Part shown: piece after piece, positions 36,877-47,926 of the stretch
How the letters are laid out: each line of letters begins with the position of its first letter
Numbering within the stretch: position 1 is the first letter of the stretch
Assembly (NCBI GenBank): GCA_964291265.2
Contig: OZ219747.1
Coordinates: 1,408,001-1,472,000 of the forward strand
DNA from: Alphaproteobacteria bacterium
GTDB taxonomy: Bacteria > Pseudomonadota > Alphaproteobacteria > SP197
Direction of reading: 5' to 3'
Length of the DNA: 64,000 nt
Made by a program: the position numbers and the translations under genes
The notes under the pieces: model-generated
Databases searched by the model: none
Told to the model about the DNA's origin: nothing
The model's input: the letters and a program-made list of their open reading frames with translations, nothing else

Positions 36877-38181
36877 TCAGCCGTTGACGCCGAGAACCCG
36901 TCCGGCGAGATAGAGTGAACCGCACACCAGGACACGTGACGTCTGCGTGGGAGAGTCCGCAAGGCAGATGATGGCATCCTCGATGCCCGGGGCCACCGTT
37001 GCTGCCACGCCTTCTGCCGCAAGAACGGAACGGGCCGCCGCGGCGTCAAGCGTGTTCTTTTCGCCTGGAATGGAGACGGCGACGGCGCGCCGGATGAAGG
37101 GAGCGAGCGGACGGATGAAACCCGCCGGGTCCTTCGTGTTCATCATGCCGATGACCACGTCGAGGGGGCGGTCGCGCCAGGTGCGTGCCATGTCGGCGAG
37201 GACGCAACCGGCCGCCGGATTGTGGCCACCGTCGAGCCACAGTTCCTTCCCGCAGCCCAGTCTTTCCACCAGGCGTCCCGATTCCAGGCGCTGCAGCCGC
37301 GCTGGCCATCGGACCTGCAGCATGCCGGCCGCGAGGGCTTCATCATCGGGAGCCAGGCGCCCGGTGAGGCCAAGAGCGACGACGGCGGTCGCCGCGTTGG
37401 CCAATTGATGGCGGCCCGCCAGTGCCGGCACCGGCAGAACCATTCGCCTGCCCCCTTGCGGTATCACCTCGAAGCGGCCGCCGGTTCCTTCATGAAAGTC
37501 GAAATCGCGGCGCGCCACGACGGCCGGAGCCCCCAGCGCGCCGGCCCGGTCAAGGAGAACCTGCAGGGCCTCGTCGTTCTGGGGGGCGATGACGACAGGA
37601 ACGGCGCTCTTGATGATGCCCGCCTTCTCGCCCGCGATGGCGGCGAGCGTGGTGCCGAGAAACTGCTGGTGATCCAGCGACACCGGCGTGATGATCGTGA
37701 CCAGCGGTTGGTCGATGACATTGGTGGCGTCGAGCCTGCCGCCGAGTCCGGTCTCGAGAAGCAGGATGTCCGCCGGTTCCCGGGCAAACGCCAGGTAGGC
37801 GGCGGCGGTGGTGATCTCGAAGAAGGTGATCGGTTCGCCGCCGTTGGCGGCCTCGCATTCTTCGAGCAGGGACATGAGCCGATCCTCTTCGATCACATGA
37901 CCAGCGATCTCGATTCTCTCGTGGAATCGCACGAGGTGCGGGGAGGTGTAGACGTGGACCGTGCGTCCGGCGGCCATGAGCGCCGCCCGCATGTAGGCGA
38001 TGACCGATCCCTTGCCGTTGGTTCCGGCCACGTGGACAACGCTAGGCAGACGCCGGTGCGGCTCGCCGAGGTGTTCGAGGAGTCCGTGGAGGCGGTCGAG
38101 TGAAAGGTCGATGCGCTTGGGATGAAGCCGCATCAACCTTTCGAGAACGACATCACTTCCCGCCAGGGAGGCGTTCGGCAT
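36877..38181 (-). CDS. folC: Bifunctional folylpolyglutamate/dihydrofolate synthase
   Basis: HVAGTNGKGS, YTSPHL, ETGLGGRLDATN, LDGGHN, GSLYLAG. Confidence 0.96.
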   Translation of the reverse strand: MPNASLAGSDVVLERLMRLHPKRIDLSLDRLHGLLEHLGEPHRRLPSVVHVAGTNGKGSVIAYMRAALMAAGRTVHVYTSPHLVRFHERIEIAGHVIEEDRLMSLLEECEAANGGEPITFFEITTAAAYLAFAREPADILLLETGLGGRLDATNVIDQPLVTIITPVSLDHQQFLGTTLAAIAGEKAGIIKSAVPVVIAPQNDEALQVLLDRAGALGAPAVVARRDFDFHEGTGGRFEVIPQGGRRMVLPVPALAGRHQLANAATAVVALGLTGRLAPDDEALAAGMLQVRWPARLQRLESGRLVERLGCGKELWLDGGHNPAAGCVLADMARTWRDRPLDVVIGMMNTKDPAGFIRPLAPFIRRAVAVSIPGEKNTLDAAAARSVLAAEGVAATVAPGIEDAIICLADSPTQTSRVLVCGSLYLAGRVLGVNG

Positions 38182-39061
38182 CGTGCACGGCCGGCTGCGG
38201 AAGGTGCCGGGACCCTGCCGGCATGAGGTGACTGAGCAGAATGGCGATGGTGGAACGCATCTTCGAACGCGCCAACACCATGTCGAGCATGCCGTGATCG
38301 AGGAGATACTCCGAACGCTGGAATCCGTCCGGCAGTTCTTCCCTGATGGTCTCGCGGATGACCCGGGCTCCCGCGAATCCGATGATGGCGCCAGGCTCTG
38401 CGATGGAGACGTCGCCAAGCATGGCAAAGGAAGCGGTCACGCCTCCGGTCGTCGGATTGGTGAGGACGCTGATGTAGGGAAGGCCGGCATCCTTGACCTG
38501 GGCAATCGCGGTCGTCGTGCGTGCCATCTGCATCAGCGACAGGATGCCTTCCTGCATGCGGGCGCCTCCCGAAGCGGAGAAGATGACGAGGGCGCGGCGC
38601 TCGTCGACGGCGATTCTCGCGGCCTCGACGATGGCTTCTCCCAGACCCATACCCATGGAACCGCCCATGAAGTCGAAATTGAAGACGGCGACGATGGCCG
38701 GCCGACCGTCGATCATGCCGCGAGCGACGACGATGGCTTCATGCTGGCCGGTCTTCCCCTGGGCTTCCTTCAGTCGGTCCGAATAGCGCTTCCTGTCGCG
38801 AAAGCGCAACGGATCGGTGGCCACGCCAGGGAGGTCAACATCACTCCATGTGTCGTCGTCAAGGACATCCTGCAGGCGGTCGCGGGGCGCGATGCGCATG
38901 TGGTAGCCGCAGCGCGGACAGACATTGAGCGAGTCCTCGAGATCGCGGCGGAACACCATCTGATCACAGCTCGGACACTTGTCCCACAGCGTCTCTTCGC
39001 TCGGTGTCCTGCCGACAAGGTCGCGGATTTTCGGCAGGGTGAGATTCGACAGCCAGTTCAT
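38153..39061 (-). CDS. accD: Acetyl-CoA carboxylase carboxyltransferase beta subunit
   Basis: WDKCPSC...CPRC zinc finger, [21 protein letters not shown]. Confidence 0.97.
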   Translation of the reverse strand: MNWLSNLTLPKIRDLVGRTPSEETLWDKCPSCDQMVFRRDLEDSLNVCPRCGYHMRIAPRDRLQDVLDDDTWSDVDLPGVATDPLRFRDRKRYSDRLKEAQGKTGQHEAIVVARGMIDGRPAIVAVFNFDFMGGSMGMGLGEAIVEAARIAVDERRALVIFSASGGARMQEGILSLMQMARTTTAIAQVKDAGLPYISVLTNPTTGGVTASFAMLGDVSIAEPGAIIGFAGARVIRETIREELPDGFQRSEYLLDHGMLDMVLARSKMRSTIAILLSHLMPAGSRHLPQPAVHDAERLPGGK

Positions 39062-39885
39062 GCACGCGCCTTGCGGACATCGTGCGAGATCGCTGCGCAC
39101 AACGTCAGGGCATTGTCGATGGAGGCGTCGGTCCCCGTGTCGTTGTCGAGGCCGTCGGCCACAGCCTGGCAGAACGCCGACCCGACAACCACCGCGTCGG
39201 CAACACGGGCGACGCCGGCTGCCTGTTCGCCGTTGCGGATGCCGAACCCGACCGCGACAGGCAGGTCCGTGTGGCGACGCAGGCGGTCGACCGCGGAAGC
39301 GATGGTCTGGCTGGTCGCCGCGCGGGTGCCGGTGATGCCGGTGATCGAGACGTAGTAGACGAACCCCGAAGCATGCGCCAGGACGTCGGGAAGGCGCTTC
39401 GAGTCGGTGGTCGGTGTCGCGAGGCGTATCCAGTTGAGCCCGGCCTCGACGGCCGGAACACAGAGTTCCCGGTCTTCCTCACTCGGCAGGTCGACCAGGA
39501 TGAGGCCGTCGACACCGGCCTCGACGGCATCCTTGAGGAAGGCGTCGTTCCCGTAGGAATGGATGGGATTGTAGTATCCCATGAGAACGACGGGCGTGTC
39601 GTCGTCATGCCGACGGACCTGGCGTACGAGATCGATGGTGCCGGCCAGGGTCATGCCGGCCTTGAGCGCCCGCTGAGAGGAGGCCTGGATCACCGGCCCG
39701 TCCGCCATGGGGTCGGTAAAGGGCATGCCGATCTCGATGAGGTCGGCTCCGGCTTCGGGCAGACCGGCGACAAGACGCGCCGACAGACGCGGATCGGGAT
39801 CCCCGGCTGTCACGAAGGCAATCAGTCCGGCGCGCTGCTGCCGCGCCAGATCGGCAAAACGCCTGTCGATGCGGGTGCCGGTCAC
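39058..39885 (-). CDS. trpA: Tryptophan synthase alpha subunit
   Basis: [33 protein letters not shown]. Confidence 0.97.
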   Translation of the reverse strand: MTGTRIDRRFADLARQQRAGLIAFVTAGDPDPRLSARLVAGLPEAGADLIEIGMPFTDPMADGPVIQASSQRALKAGMTLAGTIDLVRQVRRHDDDTPVVLMGYYNPIHSYGNDAFLKDAVEAGVDGLILVDLPSEEDRELCVPAVEAGLNWIRLATPTTDSKRLPDVLAHASGFVYYVSITGITGTRAATSQTIASAVDRLRRHTDLPVAVGFGIRNGEQAAGVARVADAVVVGSAFCQAVADGLDNDTGTDASIDNALTLCAAISHDVRKARA

Positions 39886-41090
39886 AGATCCACTCCCAGG
39901 GATTGGGCAACGGTGAACACGTCCTTGTCGCCCCTGCCGCACATATTCATGCAGATGATGTGATCGTTGGGGAGCGCCGGGGCAATCTTCATGACATGAG
40001 CGAGCGCATGGGCAGGTTCGAGGGCCGGAATGATTCCCTCGAGTCGGGAACACAGGCGAAAGGCTTCGAGAGCCTCGACATCCGTGGCCGACACGTAGCT
40101 GACTCGCCCCTGGTCCGCCAGCCACGCGTGTTCGGGGCCGATACCCGGGTAGTCGAGACCCGCCGAGATCGAATGGGCCTCGACGATCTGTCCGTCGTCG
40201 TCCTGCAGGAGGTAGGTCCGGTTGCCGTGCAGGACACCGGGCCGGCCGCCGGTGATCGATGCCGCGTGCTCGCCGCCTTCGATGCCGCGTCCGGCAGCCT
40301 CCACACCGATGATGTCGACGGTCCGGTCATCGAGAAAAGGATGGAAGAGGCCCATGGCGTTGGAGCCGCCGCCGATACAGGCGACAATGGTGTCGGGAAG
40401 ACGTCCTTCGACGCTCATCAACTGCTCCTTCGCCTCGCGTCCGATAACCGCCTGGAATTCGCGCACGAGTTCTGGATAGGGATGAGGGCCGGCCACGGTG
40501 CCGATGATGTAGAAGGTTGAATCGACGTTGGTCACCCAATCGCGCAAGGCCTCGTTGAGGGCGTCCTTGAGGCTGCGGGAACCGGACGTCACATGACGGA
40601 CCTCGGCGCCGAGGAGCTTCATGCGAAAGACATTGGGGGCCTGGCGCTCGATGTCCTTGGTCCCCATGTAGACGACGCAGGGAAGGTTGAAGCGGGCGCA
40701 TACCGTCGCCGTCGCCACGCCGTGCTGGCCCGCGCCGGTTTCTGCGATGATTCGGGTCTTGCCCATGCGCTGAGCCAGAAGGATCTGGCCGACCGTGTTG
40801 TTGATCTTGTGGGAGCCGGTGTGATTGAGTTCGTCGCGCTTGAAGTAGATGCGGGCGCCGCCAAGGTGCCGGGTCAGCCGTTCGGCGAAGTAGAGCGGAC
40901 TCGGTCTGCCGATGTAGTCCTTGCCGAGGCCGTGGAACGTGTCCCAGAACTCCGGGTCGTCGCGGGCCTCCTGCCAGGTCCGGTTCAGGTCCAGAATGAG
41001 CGGCATCAGCGTTTCGGCGACATAGCGGCCGCCGTACATGCCGAAGTGGCCGTCCTGATCCGGCCCCTGGGCGTAGGAATTGTCCATCAT
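39882..41090 (-). CDS. trpB: Tryptophan synthase beta subunit
   Basis: [31 protein letters not shown]. Confidence 0.98.
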   Translation of the reverse strand: MMDNSYAQGPDQDGHFGMYGGRYVAETLMPLILDLNRTWQEARDDPEFWDTFHGLGKDYIGRPSPLYFAERLTRHLGGARIYFKRDELNHTGSHKINNTVGQILLAQRMGKTRIIAETGAGQHGVATATVCARFNLPCVVYMGTKDIERQAPNVFRMKLLGAEVRHVTSGSRSLKDALNEALRDWVTNVDSTFYIIGTVAGPHPYPELVREFQAVIGREAKEQLMSVEGRLPDTIVACIGGGSNAMGLFHPFLDDRTVDIIGVEAAGRGIEGGEHAASITGGRPGVLHGNRTYLLQDDDGQIVEAHSISAGLDYPGIGPEHAWLADQGRVSYVSATDVEALEAFRLCSRLEGIIPALEPAHALAHVMKIAPALPNDHIICMNMCGRGDKDVFTVAQSLGVDL

Positions 41091-41128
41091 CGTTGCTCTG
41101 TCCGGGCGCGAACCATGCACAAGGGATA

Positions 41129-41770
41129 TCAGATAACCCGGGCCTGCTCCATAAACTCGGCGATGCGTGAGGCAGACTTGTGTCCGGGCGTTGTCTCGAC
41201 GCCCGAGGACACATCGACCATGGTGGCGCCGCTCGCCTCCACGGCTCGGCAGAGGTTGCCGGCGTCGAGACCGCCCGAGAGGATCCATGGCGAGCGCGGC
41301 CGGATGCCGGCCAGCAGCGTCCAGTCGAAGGCTGTCGCGTTGCCTCCGGGACGCGTCGCACCCCGGGGCGGCATGGCGTCGAACATGACCATGTCGGCCA
41401 CCGTGTCGAAGGATGGCAGGGATTCCAGGTCATCGGCCGTGGCCACGCGAATGACCTTCATCACCCGGACACCGAATCGCGTGCGGACATGGGCGAGTCG
41501 GCGGGCATCCTCGCTGCCGTGAAACTGGACGGTGTCGAGTTCTGCCGCCGCGATCACGGCGCCAAGCCTGTCATCGCCGGCATCGACGGTGACGCCGACC
41601 TTCTCGATGCCCCCGGGTACGTGGCGTGCCAGGGCGGCCACTTCCTCGAGGGACACGTTCCGCGGGCTCCGGTCGAAGAAGATGAATCCGATCATGCGCG
41701 CACCGTGGCGCACCGCTGCATCGAGGGCAGGCCGTTCCCTCAAGCCACAGATCTTGACGCCGAGGGCCAA
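41129..41770 (-). CDS. trpF: Phosphoribosylanthranilate isomerase
   Basis: [28 protein letters not shown]. Confidence 0.96.
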   Translation of the reverse strand: MALGVKICGLRERPALDAAVRHGARMIGFIFFDRSPRNVSLEEVAALARHVPGGIEKVGVTVDAGDDRLGAVIAAAELDTVQFHGSEDARRLAHVRTRFGVRVMKVIRVATADDLESLPSFDTVADMVMFDAMPPRGATRPGGNATAFDWTLLAGIRPRSPWILSGGLDAGNLCRAVEASGATMVDVSSGVETTPGHKSASRIAEFMEQARVI

Positions 41771-41773
41771 GGG

Positions 41774-42487
41774 TCAGGACCGGATCATGTCGGCGACTGT
41801 CCGAGCCGCAGCCGCAGCCGGGTCCAGGGCCCGGGTGATCGGGCGTCCGACGACAATGTAGGAGGCGCCGGCAGCGACGGCGTCGCCGGGAGACATGGTG
41901 CGTTTCTGGTCGTCGCACCTGTCGCCGCCAGGGCGGATGCCGGGGGAGACGACAAGGAACCCCGGTCCGCAAAGCCGTCGCACGTCAGCGATTTCACGGG
42001 GTGAACACACCACGCCGTCGACACCCGTGCCGAGGGCGAGTTCGGTCAGGCGCAACACCTGGTCACGCACCCCGCCTCGCCCGCCGGTCACTTCGACATC
42101 TTCGTCATCCATGCTCGTCAACACGGTGACGGCGAGAATCTTCGGCCGGGCATCTCCCGCCGGGGTCACCGCCTCCATGGCGGCGCACATCATGTCGGGC
42201 CCGCCGGTTGCGTGGACCGTCGTCATGAAGGGGGCGAGGGGCAGGAGGGCACGCAGTCCTCCGGCCACGGTTTCCGGGATGTCATTCAGCTTGAGATCGA
42301 GAAAGATCCGGGCCTCTTCGCCGGCGACCGCCCGGACACCGGCCGCGCCGTGGGCATAGAAGAACTCCATGCCGAACTTGAAGGCTCCGACATGGCCTTC
42401 CAGACTGGAAACCAGTGACGAAGCCCTTTCCGTGCAGGTGGTGTCGATGGCACAGACAAGGCGTGTCCTGGGGTCAGCCGATTGCAC
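41774..42487 (-). CDS. pyrF: Orotidine-5'-phosphate decarboxylase
   Basis: FLDLKLNDIPETV, VTVLTS, PGIRP, DDQKR, VVGRPIT; start is approximate. Confidence 0.95.
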   Translation of the reverse strand: MQSADPRTRLVCAIDTTCTERASSLVSSLEGHVGAFKFGMEFFYAHGAAGVRAVAGEEARIFLDLKLNDIPETVAGGLRALLPLAPFMTTVHATGGPDMMCAAMEAVTPAGDARPKILAVTVLTSMDDEDVEVTGGRGGVRDQVLRLTELALGTGVDGVVCSPREIADVRRLCGPGFLVVSPGIRPGGDRCDDQKRTMSPGDAVAAGASYIVVGRPITRALDPAAAAARTVADMIRS

Positions 42488-42574
42488 CCTGCCCTCCGCC
42501 CTGTTGTCATGGGACGAGTGTCTTGTAGGGCGCACGGAACAACAGTGCAAGACGGGCCCCTGAGCCCGGCCCTG

Positions 42575-43531
42575 TCAGTCCTTGGCAGCCCTCGCCAGCA
42601 ACCAGCGTGCGGTGCCGAGATCGAGGTGTCCGCCGCCCGAGTTCTTGAAGAGCGTGATGTCGTCCTCATTCCGCCGGCCGCCCACTGTCCCCCGCGAGAG
42701 ATCGAAGAGATCACCGACAACATCATCCTCGGTGATGATACCGGTCTCCAGCGGCTGTGAGATGTCGCCGACGCGGTGCAGCGTGAACATGCGGGAATCC
42801 ATGTAGATTCTGGCGCGCCGCACACAGTCGTCATCGCTCTCGCGCATGTGCGTCTGGTAGCTTCCGACAAGGTCGAGATGGGCTCCCTTGGCGAGCCAGG
42901 CGCCACGGATCAGGGGCTCGGTGGCCATGGTGGCACAACTGATGATGTCGGCCTTGCGCGCTGCGGCCTCGAGGTCGTCGGTTGCTTCGACCGCGAGGGA
43001 GTCGATGGCGAGCCGTCGGGCGAGGGCCTCGGCCCGTTCCGGCGTGCGGTTCCAGATGCGGACGACTTCCAGGGAAGGGCGTACGGCCTTCATGGCCATG
43101 ACGAGGTGCGGCGCCATGGCGCCGGCGCCCACCATGAGCATGGTGCGGACATCCTCGCGGGCAAGAAAGCTGGCGCCCGTGGCCGAATCGGCGGCTGTCT
43201 TGCGCAGTGTCAGGGCGATGCCGTCGATGAGGACGAGCGGTTTGCCGTCCCTGCCGTCGAAGAGCGCGTAGACTCCCTGTACCGAGGGCAACCCCGTGCC
43301 CGTGTACTCGTTGTCGGGAAACACCGTGGCGAGCTTGATTCCCACCGCTTTGTCACGCTGCCAGGCGGGAAGAGCCAGAAACACGTTGTCGGTCCCCGAA
43401 GGACCCGGCTGCGAGAGATGAATGTCACGCACCTCGTCGATGTCCTCGAGGTGAAAGCGCTTCAACCCCTCGACGAGTGCAGCGTAATCCGCCAGTTCGT
43501 GAACTTCACTGCCGGTGATGAAGCGGACCAT
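42575..43531 (-). CDS. Ornithine cyclodeaminase / mu-crystallin family protein
   Basis: KLATVFP, LTLRKTAA, GAGAMA, ITLFKNSG. Confidence 0.88.
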   Translation of the reverse strand: MVRFITGSEVHELADYAALVEGLKRFHLEDIDEVRDIHLSQPGPSGTDNVFLALPAWQRDKAVGIKLATVFPDNEYTGTGLPSVQGVYALFDGRDGKPLVLIDGIALTLRKTAADSATGASFLAREDVRTMLMVGAGAMAPHLVMAMKAVRPSLEVVRIWNRTPERAEALARRLAIDSLAVEATDDLEAAARKADIISCATMATEPLIRGAWLAKGAHLDLVGSYQTHMRESDDDCVRRARIYMDSRMFTLHRVGDISQPLETGIITEDDVVGDLFDLSRGTVGGRRNEDDITLFKNSGGGHLDLGTARWLLARAAKD

Positions 43532-43545
43532 CGCCGGGTGTCCGT

Positions 43546-43896
43546 TCAGGCGGTCATCGGAGGCGAGCCCGGCGGTTGCCGGTCGAGTTCCGACTTCAGC
43601 ATGTCGCGCTCCCGGGTCACCGAGGCAAGGCTTGTTTCGAGATGCCTCACGCGGCGTTTGCGCTCACCCGACAACCGGCGGGCCGGATGGCCGCGCATCA
43701 GCACGAAGAGACCGCCGAAGAGGGCTCCGGCGGCAAAGGACACGAGGATGACAAGGAAGACGGGAGCCGCCACGACCCGCGGGTAGGGGAACAGGGAGAC
43801 CTCCATCTCCGTGCGGTTGGCCAGCACGAAGACGACAATGGCGAGAGCGAGAAGAACGCCGACAATCCCGACAACGGGCATGAGGGGATTGCGCAT
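43546..43896 (-). CDS. lapA: LapA (DUF1049) family membrane protein
   Basis: Two TM helices with F-LANR, then a coiled coil; follows ihfB. Confidence 0.7.
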   Translation of the reverse strand: MRNPLMPVVGIVGVLLALAIVVFVLANRTEMEVSLFPYPRVVAAPVFLVILVSFAAGALFGGLFVLMRGHPARRLSGERKRRVRHLETSLASVTRERDMLKSELDRQPPGSPPMTA

Positions 43897-43906
43897 GACG
43901 GCTGGT

Positions 43907-44200
43907 TCAGTCCTGCGCGCCCCTTGCGTTGAGGCGATCGCGCAGGGGTTTGCCGGTCTTGAAGAAGGGCGCACGCTTGGACTTCACGTTGACTTTCTCG
44001 CCGGTTCGCGGATTGCGGCCGATACGAGCCCGTCTCACGCGGGTCGCAAACGAGCCGAAACCGCGCAGTTCGACGCGCCGCCCGGACTCCAGGGACCGGG
44101 TGATTTCCTCGAAGATCGTGACGACGAGGTCTTCGGCCTCGTACTTCTTGAGATAAGGATAGCGCGCGGCAACGAGCGCGATGAGGTCAGATCTCGTCAT
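43907..44200 (-). CDS. ihfB: Integration host factor beta subunit
   Basis: MTRSDLI, RVELRGFGSF, GRNPRTG, PFFKTGK. Confidence 0.95.
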   Translation of the reverse strand: MTRSDLIALVAARYPYLKKYEAEDLVVTIFEEITRSLESGRRVELRGFGSFATRVRRARIGRNPRTGEKVNVKSKRAPFFKTGKPLRDRLNARGAQD

Positions 44201-44310
44201 GTAAGCATCCCGTACTCCAGCCCACCCAGTCTGGTCCCGGCATCATTCGACTGTCAATGATCTCCATGGGGCGGGTGCTCAGCTTGGCGCCCGCCCCATG
44301 ACGCCGGGAC

Positions 44311-45906
44311 TCAGGCTGTCGGGTCCGTGAACCACCAGCGTTCCATCAGGCGACCTCCGTCGAGGCCCCAGTTGCTGCCGATGTCGGGTCCGTGGGCCAG
44401 CGCCGTCGATGCCGCGTCGACGTTGTTGGCGTAGGCCATGACCATGGCCCCGCCTTCCATGGCACAGATCTGCTGCATTTCGCGGTACATCTCGCGACGC
44501 AGCGGTTCGTCGAGCTCGGCGCGGGCCGCGATGAGCAGCTCGTTGAACCGGTCGTGCTTCCAGAAGGTGTCGTTCCATGGCGCGTCCGCCGAATAGGCGG
44601 TGGAGAACATCCAGTCCTCGGTGGGGCGGCCTCCCCAGTAGCAGGTGCACCAGGGCTTGTTCATCCAGACATCGGCCCAGTAACCGTCAGCCGACTCCCG
44701 CACGACGTTGATCGTGATGCCGGCCGGGGCCGCGTGCTCCCTGTAGAGGACGGCGGTGTCGACGGCGCCGACGAACGCCGCCTCGGATGTCGACAGTTCC
44801 ACGGTGAGGCTGTCGAGGCCGGACTGTTTGAGATGCCACTTCGCCTTGTCGAGATCGTAGCTGGCATGCTCGATGTCATCGGCGAAGTAGCGGTTGGCCG
44901 GGGTGATCGGCGTATCCTGGCCGACCAGTCCGTAGCCGCGCAGGACCTTGTCGACGATGTCCTGACGATCCATGGCATGCTTGAGGGCGAGGCGGACGTT
45001 GTTGTCATCGAACGGCGCCGTGTCCGTGCGCATGGGCAGGGTGTAGTGCAGCGTGCCCGTGGCCTCGACAAGGTCGACGGCAGGATGCTGCGCCAGGAGG
45101 TGCGCCGTCTTGGTGTCGACGCGGTCGATGACGTCGACCTGGCCCGACATGATGGCGTTCTGGCGCGACGCCGGGTCGGCGATCGTCGTCATCTCGACGG
45201 CGTCGAACCAGCCGTAGCCGGCCTTCCAGTAGTTCGGATGGCGCTCGAGGACAGAGCGCACGCCGGGTTCGAACTCGACAATCCGGTAGCTGCCGCAGCC
45301 GACGCCGGACAGTGGGTCGGCAATGTTCCCCTCGCCGTCACCCGGCTGGATGCCAAGATGATAGTCGCTCATGATGTAGGGGTAGTCGGCGTTGCCTTCC
45401 GCGAGCTGGATGACGACCGTATCGCCGTCGGCGCGCATGTCCTCGACCTGTTCGAACAGGCTCGATACCGCGGAGACCGAATCTTCGCCGCGGTGGTAGT
45501 TGAGGCTGGCGACGATGTCGTCGGGCGTCACGGTCTTGCCGTTGTGGAACTCGACGCCCCGGCGAATCCTGAATGTCCAGGTCCTGGCATCGGGCGTGGC
45601 GTCCCACTCCTCGGCCAGTTCGGGGGCGAGCTGGTTGGTTTCGTCGACGGCCGTGAGGTAGTTGAAGAGACCGCCCATGCCCATGTTCGACACGAAACCG
45701 TTCTCGTAGGTCGCCGGATCGAGGGAATCGGTCGTCGAACCGTGGCCGAGGCCGATTCTCAGCGTGCCCCCGCGTTGCGGTTCGGACGCCCTCGCCGCGA
45801 CGCCTCCCGGCAGGGTGGGACCGGCAAGGGCAGCCGCTCCGGCCGCAATTGCGCCACCCAGGACGGTGCGCCGCGACGCACCCTCCCTGTGCTCTGTCTT
45901 CTTCAT
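44311..45906 (-). CDS. ABC transporter substrate-binding protein, family 5 (Tat-exported)
   Basis: SRRTVL twin-arginine signal, LAPELAE-W, FHNGK, PFDDNNVRLALK. Confidence 0.9.
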   Translation of the reverse strand: MKKTEHREGASRRTVLGGAIAAGAAALAGPTLPGGVAARASEPQRGGTLRIGLGHGSTTDSLDPATYENGFVSNMGMGGLFNYLTAVDETNQLAPELAEEWDATPDARTWTFRIRRGVEFHNGKTVTPDDIVASLNYHRGEDSVSAVSSLFEQVEDMRADGDTVVIQLAEGNADYPYIMSDYHLGIQPGDGEGNIADPLSGVGCGSYRIVEFEPGVRSVLERHPNYWKAGYGWFDAVEMTTIADPASRQNAIMSGQVDVIDRVDTKTAHLLAQHPAVDLVEATGTLHYTLPMRTDTAPFDDNNVRLALKHAMDRQDIVDKVLRGYGLVGQDTPITPANRYFADDIEHASYDLDKAKWHLKQSGLDSLTVELSTSEAAFVGAVDTAVLYREHAAPAGITINVVRESADGYWADVWMNKPWCTCYWGGRPTEDWMFSTAYSADAPWNDTFWKHDRFNELLIAARAELDEPLRREMYREMQQICAMEGGAMVMAYANNVDAASTALAHGPDIGSNWGLDGGRLMERWWFTDPTA

Positions 45907-46366
45907 GTCTCTTGACCTCCCGTGGTCTGTCCGGTGTTGAACCATCGCCATGATGACAGAATGCGGACGCTCTTTCCACAGGGTCTGCAGATGCGCAAAT
46001 GGTGTAACGTTATCAGGTGAGCATCAACTACCGGTCATCGCCAACAATGCTCCCCAAACCACCCCGACTATCGGACAGTCTATCCGCGCTCGATCAGTAT
46101 AGGCATGCGATCGAGCTTTATGAGACGACCCTCAGGAACCGTATCGATCGCGAGTTCTACCGCAAGGAACTCCGGGCGAAGGCCAAGTACTACGGCACCA
46201 TCGCAGGGAGACAACCCGAAGAGGGTAACGCAGGATCTTTCTATGAGACGCTCTCGTCGCCCGTCACCTGGATGCCTATGGGCCCGAAGCGCCGATCAAG
46301 CATCGGCGCAAAGGAGACGCGTCCACGGTGCCGCTGGTCTACTCTGACCTGCCCTCGGAGCTTATC

Positions 46367-46882
46367 TAGTGTCATGTCAACAATGATATGTCGTATATTT
46401 TGCGCTAGACTGTCCGTCCATTCGGGACGGAGGTCGGAGTATGAAACGCTACGTGGTGACCCTGGACGAGGCGGAACGGGAAGAACTTTCGGAGATCACG
46501 ACCAAGGGCTCGCACCTGTCGCAAAAGGTGATCAACGCCCTGATCCTGCTCAACTGCGACGAGGGCGCGTTCAATGAACGCCAGGTGACCGGGGAGGTCA
46601 TCGCCGGGATTCTGCGCATCAGCATGCGCAAGGTAGACCGGGTGAAGAAGCGTTTCGTGGAAGAGGGTCTGGAGGCGGCATTGGGTGGCCGGCAGGGACG
46701 TCGTCCCAGCTACGTGCGAAAAGCCGACGGCGCCTTCGAGGCGCGCTTGGTGGCCCTGAGTTGTGGCGAACCGCCCGAGGGTCACGCGCAATGGTCGTTG
46801 CGGCTGCTGGCTGATCGCGTTGTCGAGCTTGGCTACATCGATGCCGTGTCACACGAGACAGTGCGGCGTGTTCTCAAAAAAC
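46367..46882 (+). mobile_element. IS630-family element, 5' part (HTH ORF from 46441), cut by an IS66 end
   Basis: TA then GTGTCATGTCAAC left end; MKRYVVTL-ER-EL...PPEGHAQWSLRLLA...SHETVRRVLKK ends at the AAAAAAC slippery site. Confidence 0.85.
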
Positions 46883-46997
46883 GTAACTACTCACCCCCCT
46901 ACTGATGACGAATCGTTTTTCCTGACGGGTTCGGATCCGGCATTTTCTCTTGCCGCCTTCACTTGCTCGCTTCCGATGATCGGATGTGCGTGTTCCG
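46883..46997 (+). mobile_element. Copy of the IS66 left end, interrupted by a group II intron
   Basis: GTAACTACTCACCCC TIR; near-identical to 19244-19357 up to GTGTTCCG|GTGTG. Confidence 0.93.
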
Positions 46998-47173
46998 GTG
47001 TGCCAACTGGCAGAAGGTATGGGGTGACAGTCCCCTGTAACGAAGGAGTAACCAAACCACGTTTCTCCGCGAGCCGTGCATCGGTTGCCGCGAGGGGGCA
47101 GGCGAAGCGTCGGTAGCGGTGCGGATGGGCGGGGCTAATGAGCACCGAAAAAGCTATCATCCGGGGTGCCGAG
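46998..47173 (+). mobile_element. Group II intron 5' fragment
   Basis: Homologous to about 61806-61986; truncated by the MITE that follows. Confidence 0.9.
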
Positions 47174-47174
47174 A

Positions 47175-47356
47175 CAGGACTATTCTTTTGTCCGGTTTCG
47201 TCCGACGAGAGGGCGTCGTAGACAGATCTGGGGGTCCATTCGGGACCGGATTTCGTTGTCGATATGCCGGTTCCGACCTCGAGAAGGTGCCACCAACTCC
47301 AAGAACGGCCATTGACGCGGTTGTCCGCCGCCGATCACGACAACAGAACGGTCCTG
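47175..47356. mobile_element. ISAs1-type MITE, 182 bp
   Basis: TIRs CAGGACTATTCTTTTGTC / GACAACAGAACGGTCCTG match the ends of 32860-35092; no TSD seen. Confidence 0.75.
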
Positions 47357-47410
47357 CGGACCTCCGCCGGAGACTTGACGAAAACCCGCCCCCCGGGGCA
47401 GGATGCGCCC

Positions 47411-47926
47411 ATGATGTCGTCCTTCGACACCCTCGCTGCCGCTGAGGCCCTCCAGGACGCCGGCGCGAAGCCCGAACTCGCCAAGGCCATGACCGCCCAG
47501 CTCAAGGCCGCGGCGAAAGCCGGCGAACCCGTCACAAGGCCCGAACTCGACGCCGCTCTCGGCACACTCAAGGCCGAACTGCTCGAACGAATCGCCGCGA
47601 GCGAGAAGAGCCTCAGCGAACGAAACACCGCTACAGACCAGCGGATCACATCAGTCGAGAAGAACCTGATCGAGCGCATCGCCGCGAGCGAGAAGAGCCT
47701 CAGCGAACGAAACACCGCTACAGACCAGCGGATCACATCAGTCGAGAAGAACCTGATCGAGCGCATCGCCGCGAGCGAGACGCGCCTGCTCGGACGCATC
47801 GCCGAGACGGAACGCCGGCTGATGGACCGCACGGCCGCCATCGTCTGGCGGCTGTTCGGCGCCATGGTCGCGCTCGCCGGCATCACCGTCGCGGCGCTCG
47901 AATACCTGCGCATACCGGCCGGATAG
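47411..47926 (+). CDS. CCDC90/DUF1640-like membrane-anchored coiled-coil protein
   Basis: FDTL-A-L-AG head, VTRPEL neck, coiled-coil stalk, C-terminal TM helix. Confidence 0.7.
   Translation: MMSSFDTLAAAEALQDAGAKPELAKAMTAQLKAAAKAGEPVTRPELDAALGTLKAELLERIAASEKSLSERNTATDQRITSVEKNLIERIAASEKSLSERNTATDQRITSVEKNLIERIAASETRLLGRIAETERRLMDRTAAIVWRLFGAMVALAGITVAALEYLRIPAG
47591..47779 (+). repeat. 87-bp perfect tandem repeat (about 2.2 copies) in the coiled-coil stalk
   Basis: IAASEKSLSERNTATDQRITSVEKNLIER occurs twice, identical at the DNA level. Confidence 0.92.

Noticed and set aside
46017-46366. Protein-like fragment upstream of the IS630 end
   Set aside because: No recognisable family, and the ORF runs into the IS end; it cannot be assigned.
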